Translations under genes and position numbers: made by a program
The notes under the pieces: model-generated
Told to the model about the DNA's origin: nothing
Database searches by the model: none
The model's input: only the letters and a program-made list of their open reading frames with translations
Shown here: positions 1-9,344 of the stretch, piece by piece
Layout: every line of letters starts with the position of its first letter
How positions within the stretch are numbered: the first letter of the stretch is position 1
Virus record (IMG/VR): IMGVR_UViG_3300045996_000592
Span: 32,001-96,000 of that record
Reading direction: 5' to 3' (one strand)
Length of the DNA stretch: 64,000 nucleotides
Source: a virus

Positions 1-30
1 AAAACTGCGGATGAGAAAATAGCAGCCTAA
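1..30 (+). CDS. 3' end of an upstream gene (partial, KTADEKIAA*)
   Basis: Frame 1 is open from the window edge to TAA at 28-30 and is followed by a terminator-like hairpin. Confidence 0.5.
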   Translation, partial: KTADEKIAA

Positions 31-58
31 ATCGTAAAAACCAATCACACCTTATAGT

Positions 59-82
59 AAGAGCCGGTTCGCCCGGCTTTTT
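59..82 (+). terminator. intrinsic terminator
   Basis: AAGAGCCGG-ttcgc-CCGGCTTTT stem-loop running into a T-tract. Confidence 0.7.
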
Positions 83-106
83 CTATCGGGTCTAAAGACA
101 GATGTT

Positions 107-511
107 ATGACTAACTGGATAGAAGATATAAAAGAGTTCCAGACAACCTTCGGGTTAGGAGTTAAGGCCACACCCGGTTTTCCAGAAATAGATGTTATCA
201 AACTCCGACATAAACTGATAACAGAAGAGGTCCGCGAATTAACAGAGGCTGAGTTCGGACCAGATGGAGTTTATCATGGTTATGATATCATAGAAGCAGC
301 AGACGCCATCACAGATTGTCTGTACGTTCTTCTCGGTACCGCCTGTGAGTACGGTTTAATAGACCAGATAGACGAGTGCTGGAAAGCCGTCCATACCAAC
401 AACATGAGTAAGGTAGGTCCTGATGGTAAAGTACTTCGTCGGGAAGATGGCAAGATAATAAAACCAGCCGGGTTCCAACCGGTTAATCTTGAACCCATAA
501 TCTATGGATAA
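107..511 (+). CDS. MazG-like / PRA-PH family NTP pyrophosphohydrolase
   Basis: EEVREL...DAITDCLYV acidic helices and the VHxxNMSK...REDGKIIKP C-terminal signature. Confidence 0.85.
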   Translation: MTNWIEDIKEFQTTFGLGVKATPGFPEIDVIKLRHKLITEEVRELTEAEFGPDGVYHGYDIIEAADAITDCLYVLLGTACEYGLIDQIDECWKAVHTNNMSKVGPDGKVLRREDGKIIKPAGFQPVNLEPIIYG

Positions 512-770
512 TATAACAGAAGAACTACAGAAGTACGGACCCAAGAGAGCTGCCGAGATAGTCACGGAAAACTTCCAGTGCTTGGACGGGTTAGTAGAAG
601 ACGAAGAGCTCAGGTTCTGGTTAAGAAGTCTTATCACTACCTGTCTCTCCGGCTACGCGGAAGAAGTCTGGGACAGAGCCTGTGTCGTACAGAGAGCCCG
701 CTGCCGGGAACACCGGTTTTTAGTAGAAGCGCCCCTGATACCTTATAAAGAACATATGTATTATGAGTAA
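504..770 (+). CDS. hypothetical protein
   Basis: 88-aa ORF overlapping the upstream stop and filling the gap to polA. Confidence 0.6.
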   Translation: MDNITEELQKYGPKRAAEIVTENFQCLDGLVEDEELRFWLRSLITTCLSGYAEEVWDRACVVQRARCREHRFLVEAPLIPYKEHMYYE

Positions 771-781
771 ACCCCTGTCTT

Positions 782-2764
782 ATGATTTACCTGATAACCG
801 GCCAGTCTCAGCTCCACACAGAGGGCGCGGGATATAAACTGACCACGATAGAAGAAGTAGAACGGTACTTATCCGGAGTAGAGGAAGCCTCAGTAGATAC
901 AGAGACTACTGGGTTAGACGCTCATCGGGATAAACTACATACCCTGCAGATAGGTGATTACTATAACCAGTACATTATAGACGCCTCAACAACGGACATT
1001 ACCCGGTTGAAGCCCTACCTAGAAGAACGCTTGTTACTGATCCAGAACGCTAAGTTCGACCTGAAGTTCTTGTATAAGTACGGAATATACCCGCGTAAGG
1101 TGTGGGATACCTTCGTTACGGAGCGGGTTCTTTACTGCGGAATACCCGACCATAAGGCCGGTTTAGATTCACTGGTTCAACAGTACTGTAACATTACTTT
1201 GGATAAATCAGTACAGAAGACTATAGCAAAAGAAGGGCTGGTTACCAAAAACCTTCAGTATATGGCTGACGATATAAAGTATCTGTCAGCTATCAGGGAT
1301 AAGCAGCTGGTCGATCTCAGGAAGAAATATCTAAAGGGTACCTCTAATCTTGAAAACAAGTTTGTACCGGTCTTAGCCTACATCGAATACTGTGGTATGA
1401 AGCTGAACGTACCCAAGTGGACGGAGAAGATGATCACGGATAAAGACCGGATGAATAAGGCTAGGATAACCTTGGACAACTGGATACTGAATAAAGGTAT
1501 TAAGAAGTTTATCGAGGTGCAGGGTAACCTCTTCGACCCTCCGGGATGTACTGTTAACTGGTCTTCACCTAAACAGGTAGTAGATCTGCTCGAGCACCTT
1601 GGGGTAAACTGTACGATCGTAGAGAAGGGTAAGGAGAAGAAGTCGGTGGAGGCCTCAGTGATAGAGAAACAGAAGAACGAGTTTGAGATCATCTCCCTGT
1701 ACCTGGAATATAAGAAGGCGGAAAAAATAGTTGGTACATATGGAGAGAACTTTATCCGTCAGATTAACCCGGTAACCGGTAGAATACATACCAAGTTCAC
1801 TCAGATAATGGATACTGGCAGGATGTCTTCAGGCGGTAAGGACCGCGCTACAAAAGAAGAGTTCATCAACTTCCAGAACATACCATCTGACCCGGAAACG
1901 CGATCTTGTTTTATAGCAGAACCGGGAAGTACGCTGGTAGTATCGGACTACTCCGGTCAAGAGCAGATAGTACTCGCTAATAGGTGTCTGGATAAAAACC
2001 TGCTAAAGTTCTATGATGAAGGGCTGGCTGATATGCACTCATTCGTGGCGTCTAAGATGTACCCCGAACTCGAAGGGTTAGACCTTGACGAGATAAAGAA
2101 GTTACATAAGGATAAAAGACAGGCGGCTAAATCTGCTGGCTTCGCCATAAATTATGGTGGGAGTGGCATTACCATAGCAGATAACCTCGGTATCAGTAAA
2201 GAGGATGGGGATCGGATTTATAACGCCTACTTCCAAGCCTTTCCGGGGTTAAGTGACTACTTCAAGAAGGTGAAACAGCAGGGACTAAATGATGGTTATA
2301 TCCTGATAAGTCCAATAACAGGTAGGAAGTCTTATATCTACTTCTTCGACCGGTATAAGGAACTAGAAGCCCAAACAAAAGGAGACTTCTGGGAACGCTA
2401 CCGGGAAGCTAAGAAAACTCAGTCTAAAGACTGGCCAGAACTATCCAAGACCTGCCGAGAGTACTTCCAGTTAAAGGGAGAAATAGAGCGTATGACTCTT
2501 AACTACCCGATCCAGGGAAGTTCCGCCGACGTAACCAAGATTGCCTGTGTCTACTTCTATAACTGGATTATCAACAATAACTACTTCTGGACTGTGAAGA
2601 TCCCGAACGTAGTTCATGATGAGGTAGTGGCAGAGTGCCCCGTAGACCTCGGAGAAGAGGTGTCTCAGGTGTTACACGATACTATGGGTAAGGCAGGAGA
2701 TATATACTGTAAGAGAGTGCCACTAAAGGCAGACCCGGAACTAACAAGTGTATGGAAAAAATAG
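782..2764 (+). CDS. polA: DNA polymerase family A with 3'-5' exonuclease domain
   Basis: ExoI DTETTG, NAKFDL, TGRMSS, motif A DYSGQE, motif B RQAAKSAGFAINYG, NYPIQGSSAD, motif C VHDE. Confidence 0.96.
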   Translation: MIYLITGQSQLHTEGAGYKLTTIEEVERYLSGVEEASVDTETTGLDAHRDKLHTLQIGDYYNQYIIDASTTDITRLKPYLEERLLLIQNAKFDLKFLYKYGIYPRKVWDTFVTERVLYCGIPDHKAGLDSLVQQYCNITLDKSVQKTIAKEGLVTKNLQYMADDIKYLSAIRDKQLVDLRKKYLKGTSNLENKFVPVLAYIEYCGMKLNVPKWTEKMITDKDRMNKARITLDNWILNKGIKKFIEVQGNLFDPPGCTVNWSSPKQVVDLLEHLGVNCTIVEKGKEKKSVEASVIEKQKNEFEIISLYLEYKKAEKIVGTYGENFIRQINPVTGRIHTKFTQIMDTGRMSSGGKDRATKEEFINFQNIPSDPETRSCFIAEPGSTLVVSDYSGQEQIVLANRCLDKNLLKFYDEGLADMHSFVASKMYPELEGLDLDEIKKLHKDKRQAAKSAGFAINYGGSGITIADNLGISKEDGDRIYNAYFQAFPGLSDYFKKVKQQGLNDGYILISPITGRKSYIYFFDRYKELEAQTKGDFWERYREAKKTQSKDWPELSKTCREYFQLKGEIERMTLNYPIQGSSADVTKIACVYFYNWIINNNYFWTVKIPNVVHDEVVAECPVDLGEEVSQVLHDTMGKAGDIYCKRVPLKADPELTSVWKK

Positions 2765-2770
2765 TGCCCC

Positions 2771-3490
2771 ATGAAACCGTTATCAGATCATAAAGATAAA
2801 TCAGGAATATACTGTATTAAGAATATACAGAATGGTAAAGTTTATATAGGTAAGGCCAAATGTATCTTCAGTAGGATTCAGAGTCATATTTATGCTCTTA
2901 CCGGACGAAATAGTAAGAAGTCTAACTCTTATTTAATAAACTCCTGGCATAAGTATGGTCCGGACGCCTTCACATATTCAGTACTTGAAAACGTTGATTT
3001 TACAGATGAGTCCTTAATGCGGGATAGAGAACTTTATTGGATAAATCTAATGAATGCCCTGGACCCAGACAAGGGATATAATCTAAGATCCGACTCATCT
3101 ACAGGAATGGTTACTCATGAAAAAACCTCTAAGAAAATATCAGATCGACTAAAGAAAGAGTGGGAAGCTGGGTTAAGATCTAGTCACTCAGAAAAATTAA
3201 AGAAAAAGTGGGAGGAGGCTCCCCAAAGACGGACTGAACAGGGGAAGATGCTTTCTAAGATTAAAACTAAGTACTTCTATCATATAATAAATCCATCTGA
3301 TAAAGAAGACCTAGGAAGTTCTATGGTGATGGATATGTCTCCCGGAGTTCATGGAGGGTACGATTTACTAAAGAAGTTAGGACTACAGAACTGTATAACA
3401 ACCTTTTTTAATCGTAAGTCTAATTCTATATCCTTTAAGGGGTACGATATTATAAGATTCAACCCAGATACTGCACCTGAATTTGATTAA
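2771..3490 (+). mobile_element. free-standing GIY-YIG homing endonuclease gene
   Basis: GIYCI...KVYIG, conserved R (SRIQSH), E (DRELYW) and GYN; basic C-terminal tail; visibly AT-richer than its neighbours; directly after an intact polA. Confidence 0.9.
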
Positions 3491-3559
3491 GTACACAACA
3501 TTAACAAGAAGATCACCCGGGGGTACACTCAGCTAGACCTCTTCGGGATGGCCGCGTAA
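3491..3559 (+). pseudogene. orphan C-terminal coding remnant VHNINKKITRGYTQLDLFGMAA* with a beta-clamp-binding motif
   Basis: Open frame with no ATG start, directly after the GIY-YIG stop; QLDLF matches the QL[S/D]LF consensus. Confidence 0.55.
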
Positions 3560-4116
3560 AACAGAAGTTATGAAGAAGAGAACATCTATAGATTTCAGTA
3601 AGCACGTACTAACTACGTTTGAGGATAAGTACGTCACTATTTACGAGTTTAAAATACCCGGAACCTACACCCACAGTATGAAGTTTATTAACACGTCAGG
3701 GGTGATGACGGTCACCGGGGATTGGGGTAACTGGGTCTTCTGTAGAGAGTTTCATCCGGGCCCGGAAAATGGGGTTTCAGATGGTTACTGGATAGAGAAA
3801 CTACACATCAGTTCCTGTCAAAAACCCTATAAGTATGATTCTGACGAGACTACAAGAAGATTAAAGGAACGTTTACAAGAGATCAAGGAGGAATACGAAG
3901 AGGGAAGTAGGTATGAACAGTTAAAAGAGTACTACGAGAGCTGTCTGGAAAACGTGGACGACTATTATGACTACATACAGGCAGCTCGGGACCACCCCGG
4001 TTTTATGGATGCAGAGAGTATAATAGAAGGTAAAGAACTAAACAGATGGTTAGAGGCAATCTTCGACGGGTTCGACGAGATATGTTCCCGGATGAAGGTC
4101 GCTCAGGCCGCGTAAA
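3550..4116. repeat. 11-bp direct repeat GGCCGCGTAAA (3550-3560 and 4106-4116) flanking ORF 3570-4115
   Basis: Identical copies, each containing a TAA stop. Confidence 0.55.
3570..4115 (+). CDS. hypothetical phage protein
   Basis: 181-aa ORF; VTGDWGNWVF...YWIEKL resembles a common phage hypothetical family. Confidence 0.75.
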   Translation: MKKRTSIDFSKHVLTTFEDKYVTIYEFKIPGTYTHSMKFINTSGVMTVTGDWGNWVFCREFHPGPENGVSDGYWIEKLHISSCQKPYKYDSDETTRRLKERLQEIKEEYEEGSRYEQLKEYYESCLENVDDYYDYIQAARDHPGFMDAESIIEGKELNRWLEAIFDGFDEICSRMKVAQAA

Positions 4117-4126
4117 CAAACATTTT

Positions 4127-4267
4127 ATGATAGAATTACTAATAGGAGTAGGCGGCCTCATCGTATGCTGGATAGCGTACAGAGCAGGTTACAGGAACGG
4201 TCTTGTAGCAGCAGAAGATGATGAGTATGATAACGATTATGAACCGGAAGAATTTACAGGAGTATGA
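4127..4267 (+). CDS. small membrane protein
   Basis: ATG 4127; hydrophobic helix LLIGVGGLIVCWIAY then an acidic tail; ATGA overlap with the next gene. Confidence 0.6.
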   Translation: MIELLIGVGGLIVCWIAYRAGYRNGLVAAEDDEYDNDYEPEEFTGV

Positions 4268-4731
4268 TAAACAACTTTGATATACCTACCCTAACAGACG
4301 TTATGGTAGCGGTAACAGCCTACAAACAGTTGGCCCACTATTTTCCCTCGATAAACAGGGAGCAAACAGAACAGATAAAGCCTTACTGGGACAAGTGGCA
4401 GAAAAATGTTGGCACTGATCGTACAGGTTACAGTAGGTTCCATGAGTTCTGGTCAGACATAGAGTTACACCTTGTATCCCAAACATGGGGTAGTACCGCT
4501 TGCGGGTGGGGTGGAATCGGCGGGGCTGCTATAACTACCGCATATACTCTCGTTATCACCAACAAACACCTGAATGCAGCATTCATCTACTGGGCCGGTA
4601 AACTGGCGTATGTAGTGGACATGGATAAGAAATATCAAACTCTGATAACAGGGGAGTCAGGTTACTCCGCGCTACCAGGACTGAACAGGGTGAAAGAAAG
4701 ATTAACCGTTATATACAGTGAGAGAAGATGA
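4264..4731 (+). CDS. hypothetical phage protein
   Basis: 155 aa; QTWGSTACGWGGIGGAAIT glycine motif; ATGA overlaps at both ends. Confidence 0.75.
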   Translation: MINNFDIPTLTDVMVAVTAYKQLAHYFPSINREQTEQIKPYWDKWQKNVGTDRTGYSRFHEFWSDIELHLVSQTWGSTACGWGGIGGAAITTAYTLVITNKHLNAAFIYWAGKLAYVVDMDKKYQTLITGESGYSALPGLNRVKERLTVIYSERR

Positions 4732-5258
4732 CACCAACATTAATACAGAAGTGCTGGGAGGTACATGATAGGACTACAGTAGACTGGTCGTTATCCTATG
4801 AAGCTCGTCAGCACTATACCTACAGAGAACACATACTGGCAGAAACCGCGTCTAAGGCTAAGGGTAAGTTTATAGAACACGCCCGGTTTATCGACCTGAA
4901 AGCTGTACGCTGTGAGGAGTACGACCAAGTAGAAGTAGACGGTAAAAAGATGAGGCGTAATGAGGTAGACAACTACCTTAGAAAGCAGGAGAGAAAGAAG
5001 AAGATACAAGAACTACCGGAAGATCAGCTCTACTACGTTCAGAACGGGTTCGTGGGTAACTGCCCGCTCTTCTGGGGACTCGGTAACTGCGGGTACACCT
5101 CAGACCTTGATAAAGCCCAGAAGTACACCAAAGAACAGATAGTAAAAGAGTTTTCTAACCCACGGGAACAGGATATTATCTGGTTAGCTGCAGAAGTAGA
5201 CAGTAAAGTAAAAAGAATAGTAGATCACCAGTACTTAGATTACACAAAAAGCGTATGA
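4728..5258 (+). CDS. hypothetical phage protein
   Basis: 176 aa; VGNCPLFW...GYTSDLDKAQ motif; coupled overlaps. Confidence 0.75.
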   Translation: MTPTLIQKCWEVHDRTTVDWSLSYEARQHYTYREHILAETASKAKGKFIEHARFIDLKAVRCEEYDQVEVDGKKMRRNEVDNYLRKQERKKKIQELPEDQLYYVQNGFVGNCPLFWGLGNCGYTSDLDKAQKYTKEQIVKEFSNPREQDIIWLAAEVDSKVKRIVDHQYLDYTKSV

Positions 5259-5653
5259 TAACACAGATATATCAGTTGCTCTTCGGTAAAAAGAAAGAGC
5301 AGAAAAAAGAACAGAAGCGCCCCGCTACACCTTACGGGGGTAGTTCAACCCAGTCATCTAATGCGAATGACTCCCAGAGTTCTTATGACCCGCTGCTCGA
5401 TCCGATGAACCCGGTCAGTCCTTTGTGGATCGGGAACTCAGATAGTTCTTCCAATCATAATAATAACTCTTTCGGTGGGTACGGTGGAGGGGAAAGTGGT
5501 GGCTCTGGAGCAGGCGGTTCATGGGAATCACACAGTAACCACTCTTACGATAGCGGGAGTACCTACGACAGTTCCCCCTCTTATGGCTCAGATAGCAGCT
5601 CTTATGATAGTGGTAGTTCTTTTGACAGCAGTTCATCCGGGAGTTTTGACTAA
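5255..5653 (+). CDS. Ser/Gly-rich low-complexity protein
   Basis: FGGYGGGESGGSGAGGSW followed by repeated YDSS/FDSS units. Confidence 0.7.
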   Translation: MITQIYQLLFGKKKEQKKEQKRPATPYGGSSTQSSNANDSQSSYDPLLDPMNPVSPLWIGNSDSSSNHNNNSFGGYGGGESGGSGAGGSWESHSNHSYDSGSTYDSSPSYGSDSSSYDSGSSFDSSSSGSFD

Positions 5654-5665
5654 ACCTTTGATCGT

Positions 5666-5896
5666 ATGACCTACACAGTAGACTTCCCGGATGATGTAGA
5701 TGTATTCTACTGGGACTACATCATAGAACCGACTCAGAGATCAGGGATAAATAAAATAATAGTCTTCTTCGAACACGATACCCGGCGCACTACAAAATTC
5801 GTAGGACACACTACCCGGTCTAACGCAGATTGGCGGGAGTTCCAGATAACAGAAGAAGAACAGGAAGGTAAGAGAAAACTAATATTTAAGATATGA
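5666..5896 (+). CDS. hypothetical protein
   Basis: 76 aa, ATGA-coupled to the next gene. Confidence 0.6.
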   Translation: MTYTVDFPDDVDVFYWDYIIEPTQRSGINKIIVFFEHDTRRTTKFVGHTTRSNADWREFQITEEEQEGKRKLIFKI

Positions 5897-6288
5897 AGCA
5901 CACCATAAAAACCTATGAATATAAGCGGATAGAAAAAACCGCTACCGAGATAGAGATACCCGAAGAGACTATATACTGTTTTCAAACTGGTATACGTCGG
6001 GCAGTTAAGATAGAACCTCAATGGACTACTTGGAATAAAGAGAACTACCAAAAAGATGAAGAAGTGTGGAACCTTAAAATTACCTGTGTATATAACTCTT
6101 TCGAGTGTAAAATAGAGCAGTATACTATACAGGTTTCTCAGCTTGAGGATAATATAAATCGCGGTAAAGATTCCTACAGTATTCCTAACCTTTTACTCCA
6201 CCGTGATTTTAACCTACGTACAAAAGAACAGTTTGAGGCTGACTTAAAGATAGCTCTCGATAAAATAACCGGTGTAACTGAAGATTAA
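5893..6288 (+). CDS. hypothetical protein
   Basis: 131 aa in a tightly packed gene run. Confidence 0.7.
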   Translation: MKHTIKTYEYKRIEKTATEIEIPEETIYCFQTGIRRAVKIEPQWTTWNKENYQKDEEVWNLKITCVYNSFECKIEQYTIQVSQLEDNINRGKDSYSIPNLLLHRDFNLRTKEQFEADLKIALDKITGVTED

Positions 6289-6290
6289 TT

Positions 6291-6551
6291 ATGACACAAA
6301 AAGTAGAACTACTATACCGGGACGCTGCTAACTACAAGTTCTGAGTAACAGCAGAGATAGACTGGGAATCACTTGGTTTCCCCAGCCCCCTAGAAGTAGA
6401 CCAGGATATAGAGATGGAGCAACTCAGGTTAGACCCGTACAAGTTCGTTCCGGCAAGAATGGGTTTTCCGTGGAATGAGGATGACCACAACATCCTGACC
6501 GTTGAGGAAATCCTGAAAGAAGACATAGAAGTAGAATTAACGATAAAGTAA
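6291..6551 (+). pseudogene. ORF interrupted by an in-frame TGA (6342-6344), or a read-through gene
   Basis: MTQKVELLYRDAANYKF*VTAEIDW...WNEDDH...TIK*; fills the gap between its neighbours. Confidence 0.65.
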
Positions 6552-6570
6552 ACCTTAAAAACAACAAAAG

Positions 6571-7584
6571 ATGGCTCACAAGATCAATTATAATAACGGT
6601 AAGTACGCCTTTGCCTCATCCGAGAAGGAATGGCATTCAGGGGAGACTAACCACCACATTCACGGGCGGGAGATGACCGCTGAAGAGATTATCCGGTTAG
6701 CCGGCCTTGACTACGACGTACAGAAGATGCCGATCGTGGCTAAAGTACCTTCCGGCCGGTTCAGCATGGACGTACCAGTGGATGGGAACTTCGCTACCGT
6801 AAGAACAGATACCAACCAGGTACTCGGAATAGTAGGTAAGAAGTATCAGATACTACAGAATAAAGACGCCTTTAAGTTCTTCGACTCTATCGTAGGGGAA
6901 GGTGAAGCCATGTATCATACCGCCGGCGCTCTTGGTAACGGAGAGAAGATATTCATCACAGCTAAACTCCCGCAGAAATTAGTAATAACTCCGGATGATG
7001 TAACAGACCAGTACCTCTTCCTCTGCAATAGCCACGACGGATCTGGCAGTCTTTCTGCGTACTTCACGCCGATCCGGGTAGTGTGCAACAATACACTCAG
7101 GTTATCCATGAAGTCTAATTCCTACAGGATAAACCTCAGACATACCGCGAATATCGTAAAGGCGCTGGAACAGGCCCACGAACTGATGGGGATTGTCAAT
7201 AGAGAAGGTCAGGACTTCTTGGAAGTGTGTAAGACCATGACCCGGGTATCGGTTACAGACCAGCAGCTCAGGAAGTTTATCGAGTTATCCCTCAAACCGG
7301 AGACCGAAATGATCACAGAGGATGAGTTCTCTAAAAGATTCACAAATATAGCTGACGCAGCCTATGAGTACGCACTATCTGACGAGACTCAGCTGATGGA
7401 TACAACTCGTGGTACACTATACGGCGCATTCCAGGCAGTGACCGGCTACTACTCGAATGTGAAGCAGTATAACTCTGGTGAGGATAAAACCAAGTCACTC
7501 ATCTACGGAGCAGGGTATCGCGCCTCTAATCAGGCTTACCAGATGGGAGTAAGGGCATTAAGTAACACTAACTTTTTGAACTAA
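6571..7584 (+). CDS. DUF932 family phage/plasmid-like protein
   Basis: TVRTDTNQVLGIVG..YQILQN.DAF.FFD, TAGAL..G, NSHDGS, TPIRVVCNNTL, LRHT. Confidence 0.9.
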   Translation: MAHKINYNNGKYAFASSEKEWHSGETNHHIHGREMTAEEIIRLAGLDYDVQKMPIVAKVPSGRFSMDVPVDGNFATVRTDTNQVLGIVGKKYQILQNKDAFKFFDSIVGEGEAMYHTAGALGNGEKIFITAKLPQKLVITPDDVTDQYLFLCNSHDGSGSLSAYFTPIRVVCNNTLRLSMKSNSYRINLRHTANIVKALEQAHELMGIVNREGQDFLEVCKTMTRVSVTDQQLRKFIELSLKPETEMITEDEFSKRFTNIADAAYEYALSDETQLMDTTRGTLYGAFQAVTGYYSNVKQYNSGEDKTKSLIYGAGYRASNQAYQMGVRALSNTNFLN

Positions 7585-7592
7585 CCAGCACA

Positions 7593-7626
7593 AGGAAGGT
7601 AGGTCTCAGGATCTACCTTCCTCTTT
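7593..7626 (+). terminator. intrinsic terminator-like hairpin
   Basis: AGGAAGGTAGGTC-tcag-GATCTACCTTCCT followed by CTTT, just after the DUF932 stop. Confidence 0.65.
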
Positions 7627-7639
7627 AAAACTTAACAGG

Positions 7640-7816
7640 ATGACAGAGTATAACATCAAGATATCAGGTTCTGGTACAGCCTTAGAATTAGCGCTTTCCA
7701 TGGATCTCCTTCAGAAAAGTATCATAGATAGTGTGAAGAAGGGGTATTCTCTGGAATCAGACCCCTATTATGAAGATGAGACTATCGTAGTAGAAATAAC
7801 CCAAACATCATTATGA
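7640..7816 (+). CDS. small hypothetical protein (58 aa, not in the ORF track)
   Basis: MTEYNIKISGSGT...TQTSL*; ATGA overlap with 7813. Confidence 0.6.
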   Translation: MTEYNIKISGSGTALELALSMDLLQKSIIDSVKKGYSLESDPYYEDETIVVEITQTSL

Positions 7817-8103
7817 TAAAAACCAACCTCACTCCATACAGCTACACCCGGTACTACTCCGGTAATTATTTCGATGGGATAAATGATTACTCCTACTCTG
7901 TCATAACCACAGAGACTTTCGACCTCTGCCCCGAATACCCATTACAGGTAGACTGGACGGACGGGAATATTCCCTATGGGCATGAGCGGATAGAAGCCAA
8001 AATAATACAAGATTTTAATAACAAAAAAGACCAAGAAAGAAAACAGATTGAGGATAACTACAGAAGAGAAGTCCTCGGTGAAGAAGATGAACCTAAAGAC
8101 TAA
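7813..8103 (+). CDS. hypothetical protein
   Basis: 96 aa, coupled to the upstream ORF. Confidence 0.65.
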   Translation: MIKTNLTPYSYTRYYSGNYFDGINDYSYSVITTETFDLCPEYPLQVDWTDGNIPYGHERIEAKIIQDFNNKKDQERKQIEDNYRREVLGEEDEPKD

Positions 8104-8106
8104 CAG

Positions 8107-8433
8107 ATGACACTAAACCACAAACCTAACCACTACGAAAACACTACCTGCCTTAAAACAGGAAAAACCGGGTTCCCTTCTCAAAGGGTGGCCATGGAAC
8201 AGATCCAAAAATTCAAGGCGTTCAACCGGATGAAGATCAACGGAAGACGTATAAAACACAGAGTCGGTAAACCAGAACAAACCCGCGCCTATCAGTGCCC
8301 ATCTTGTAGCCAATGGCACTTGACCAGTATGAAGGAGTCTGAGTACAAGAACAACCTTGACCCGCTGGGAAAACCAGTGAGGATCAGGATCAACCACGTT
8401 AACGAGTTTAAAAAATATTTATCGGCAGCATGA
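8107..8433 (+). CDS. putative zinc-finger protein
   Basis: C..TGK..F and RAYQCPSCSQWHLTS motifs. Confidence 0.75.
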   Translation: MTLNHKPNHYENTTCLKTGKTGFPSQRVAMEQIQKFKAFNRMKINGRRIKHRVGKPEQTRAYQCPSCSQWHLTSMKESEYKNNLDPLGKPVRIRINHVNEFKKYLSAA

Positions 8434-9344
8434 GTAAAAATATCTTAGCCCTATTTGGGGCAGCAGAGTCGGGTAAAGACACAGCCGCTAAGATCATACA
8501 ATATCTTACCGGAGTCAAATATTGGGAACAAAAGACTGAAAGAATTATCGACAACCCGATACCTTACGGGTTAGACGGATATGAGGACTGGGTCGCACTC
8601 AGTCCTTACCAGATAAAGAGGTTCGCCGGTAAAATTAAGGAGATAGCGTCCCTTATTACCGGTGTTCCTGTTTCCCAGTTCGAAGACCAGGAGTTCAAGA
8701 AGTCCTACTTACCGGATAACTGGGACAGGTGGAAAATACAGTTTACCGGGGAACACGGTAATGCTCAGTTTGGACCTAATTACTCATCAAAAGAAGAGGC
8801 TATAGAAACTGAAAAAAATGCCAGAGTTAGTTACGCGTGGCCTAAAAGTTTAAAAACCGTTATTAGAAAAGAACATATGACCTTCCGAGACCTACTTGAA
8901 GAGATTGGCGCCAAGATGAGGGAGGTACACCCTATGTTCTGGATAAACTCCCTGTTTGCAGACTATAAAGGTCATACGGAACGCTACCATAATCTTGAAA
9001 AGGATGGGTTATCTGAGATGTATCACCATCATTCTTGTGCTGAGTGTAGTCGATCCTTTAATGGGTGGAAGAGACAGTACAGATGTCGGGAGTGTATAGA
9101 AAAGAACCCAGTTGTCTACCCCTTATGGTTGATAGCCGACGGACGCCTACCCGAAGAAGCTCAGGTTGTAAAAGAACGTGGGGGCCTTGTTATCAAGATA
9201 GTCCGCGAGACAGATAACCCAGTTTACGAGTCAGAGAGAAAACTGGATCAGGTGGAAGCTGACTACGTGATCTCGAACAATAAGAACAAGGAAGACCTGG
9301 TGAAGAAGTTAAGACTTATTCTCATCAAAGAAGGCATACTATGA
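8430..9344 (+). CDS. deoxynucleoside monophosphate kinase with insertions
   Basis: P-loop GAAESGKDT, FAGKIKEIAS, R..LEEIG, IADGRLPEE, ESE; CxxC...CxxC insert. Confidence 0.85.
   Translation: MSKNILALFGAAESGKDTAAKIIQYLTGVKYWEQKTERIIDNPIPYGLDGYEDWVALSPYQIKRFAGKIKEIASLITGVPVSQFEDQEFKKSYLPDNWDRWKIQFTGEHGNAQFGPNYSSKEEAIETEKNARVSYAWPKSLKTVIRKEHMTFRDLLEEIGAKMREVHPMFWINSLFADYKGHTERYHNLEKDGLSEMYHHHSCAECSRSFNGWKRQYRCRECIEKNPVVYPLWLIADGRLPEEAQVVKERGGLVIKIVRETDNPVYESERKLDQVEADYVISNNKNKEDLVKKLRLILIKEGIL

Noticed and set aside
782-3490. Group I intron or intein in polA
   Set aside because: PolA is continuous through motifs A-C to a normal end, the endonuclease lies 6 nt after its stop, and no splice motifs were seen
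5530-5650. Repetitive sequence resembling an array
   Set aside because: Degenerate codon-level Ser/Asp/Tyr repeats; no fixed repeat-spacer structure, so not CRISPR
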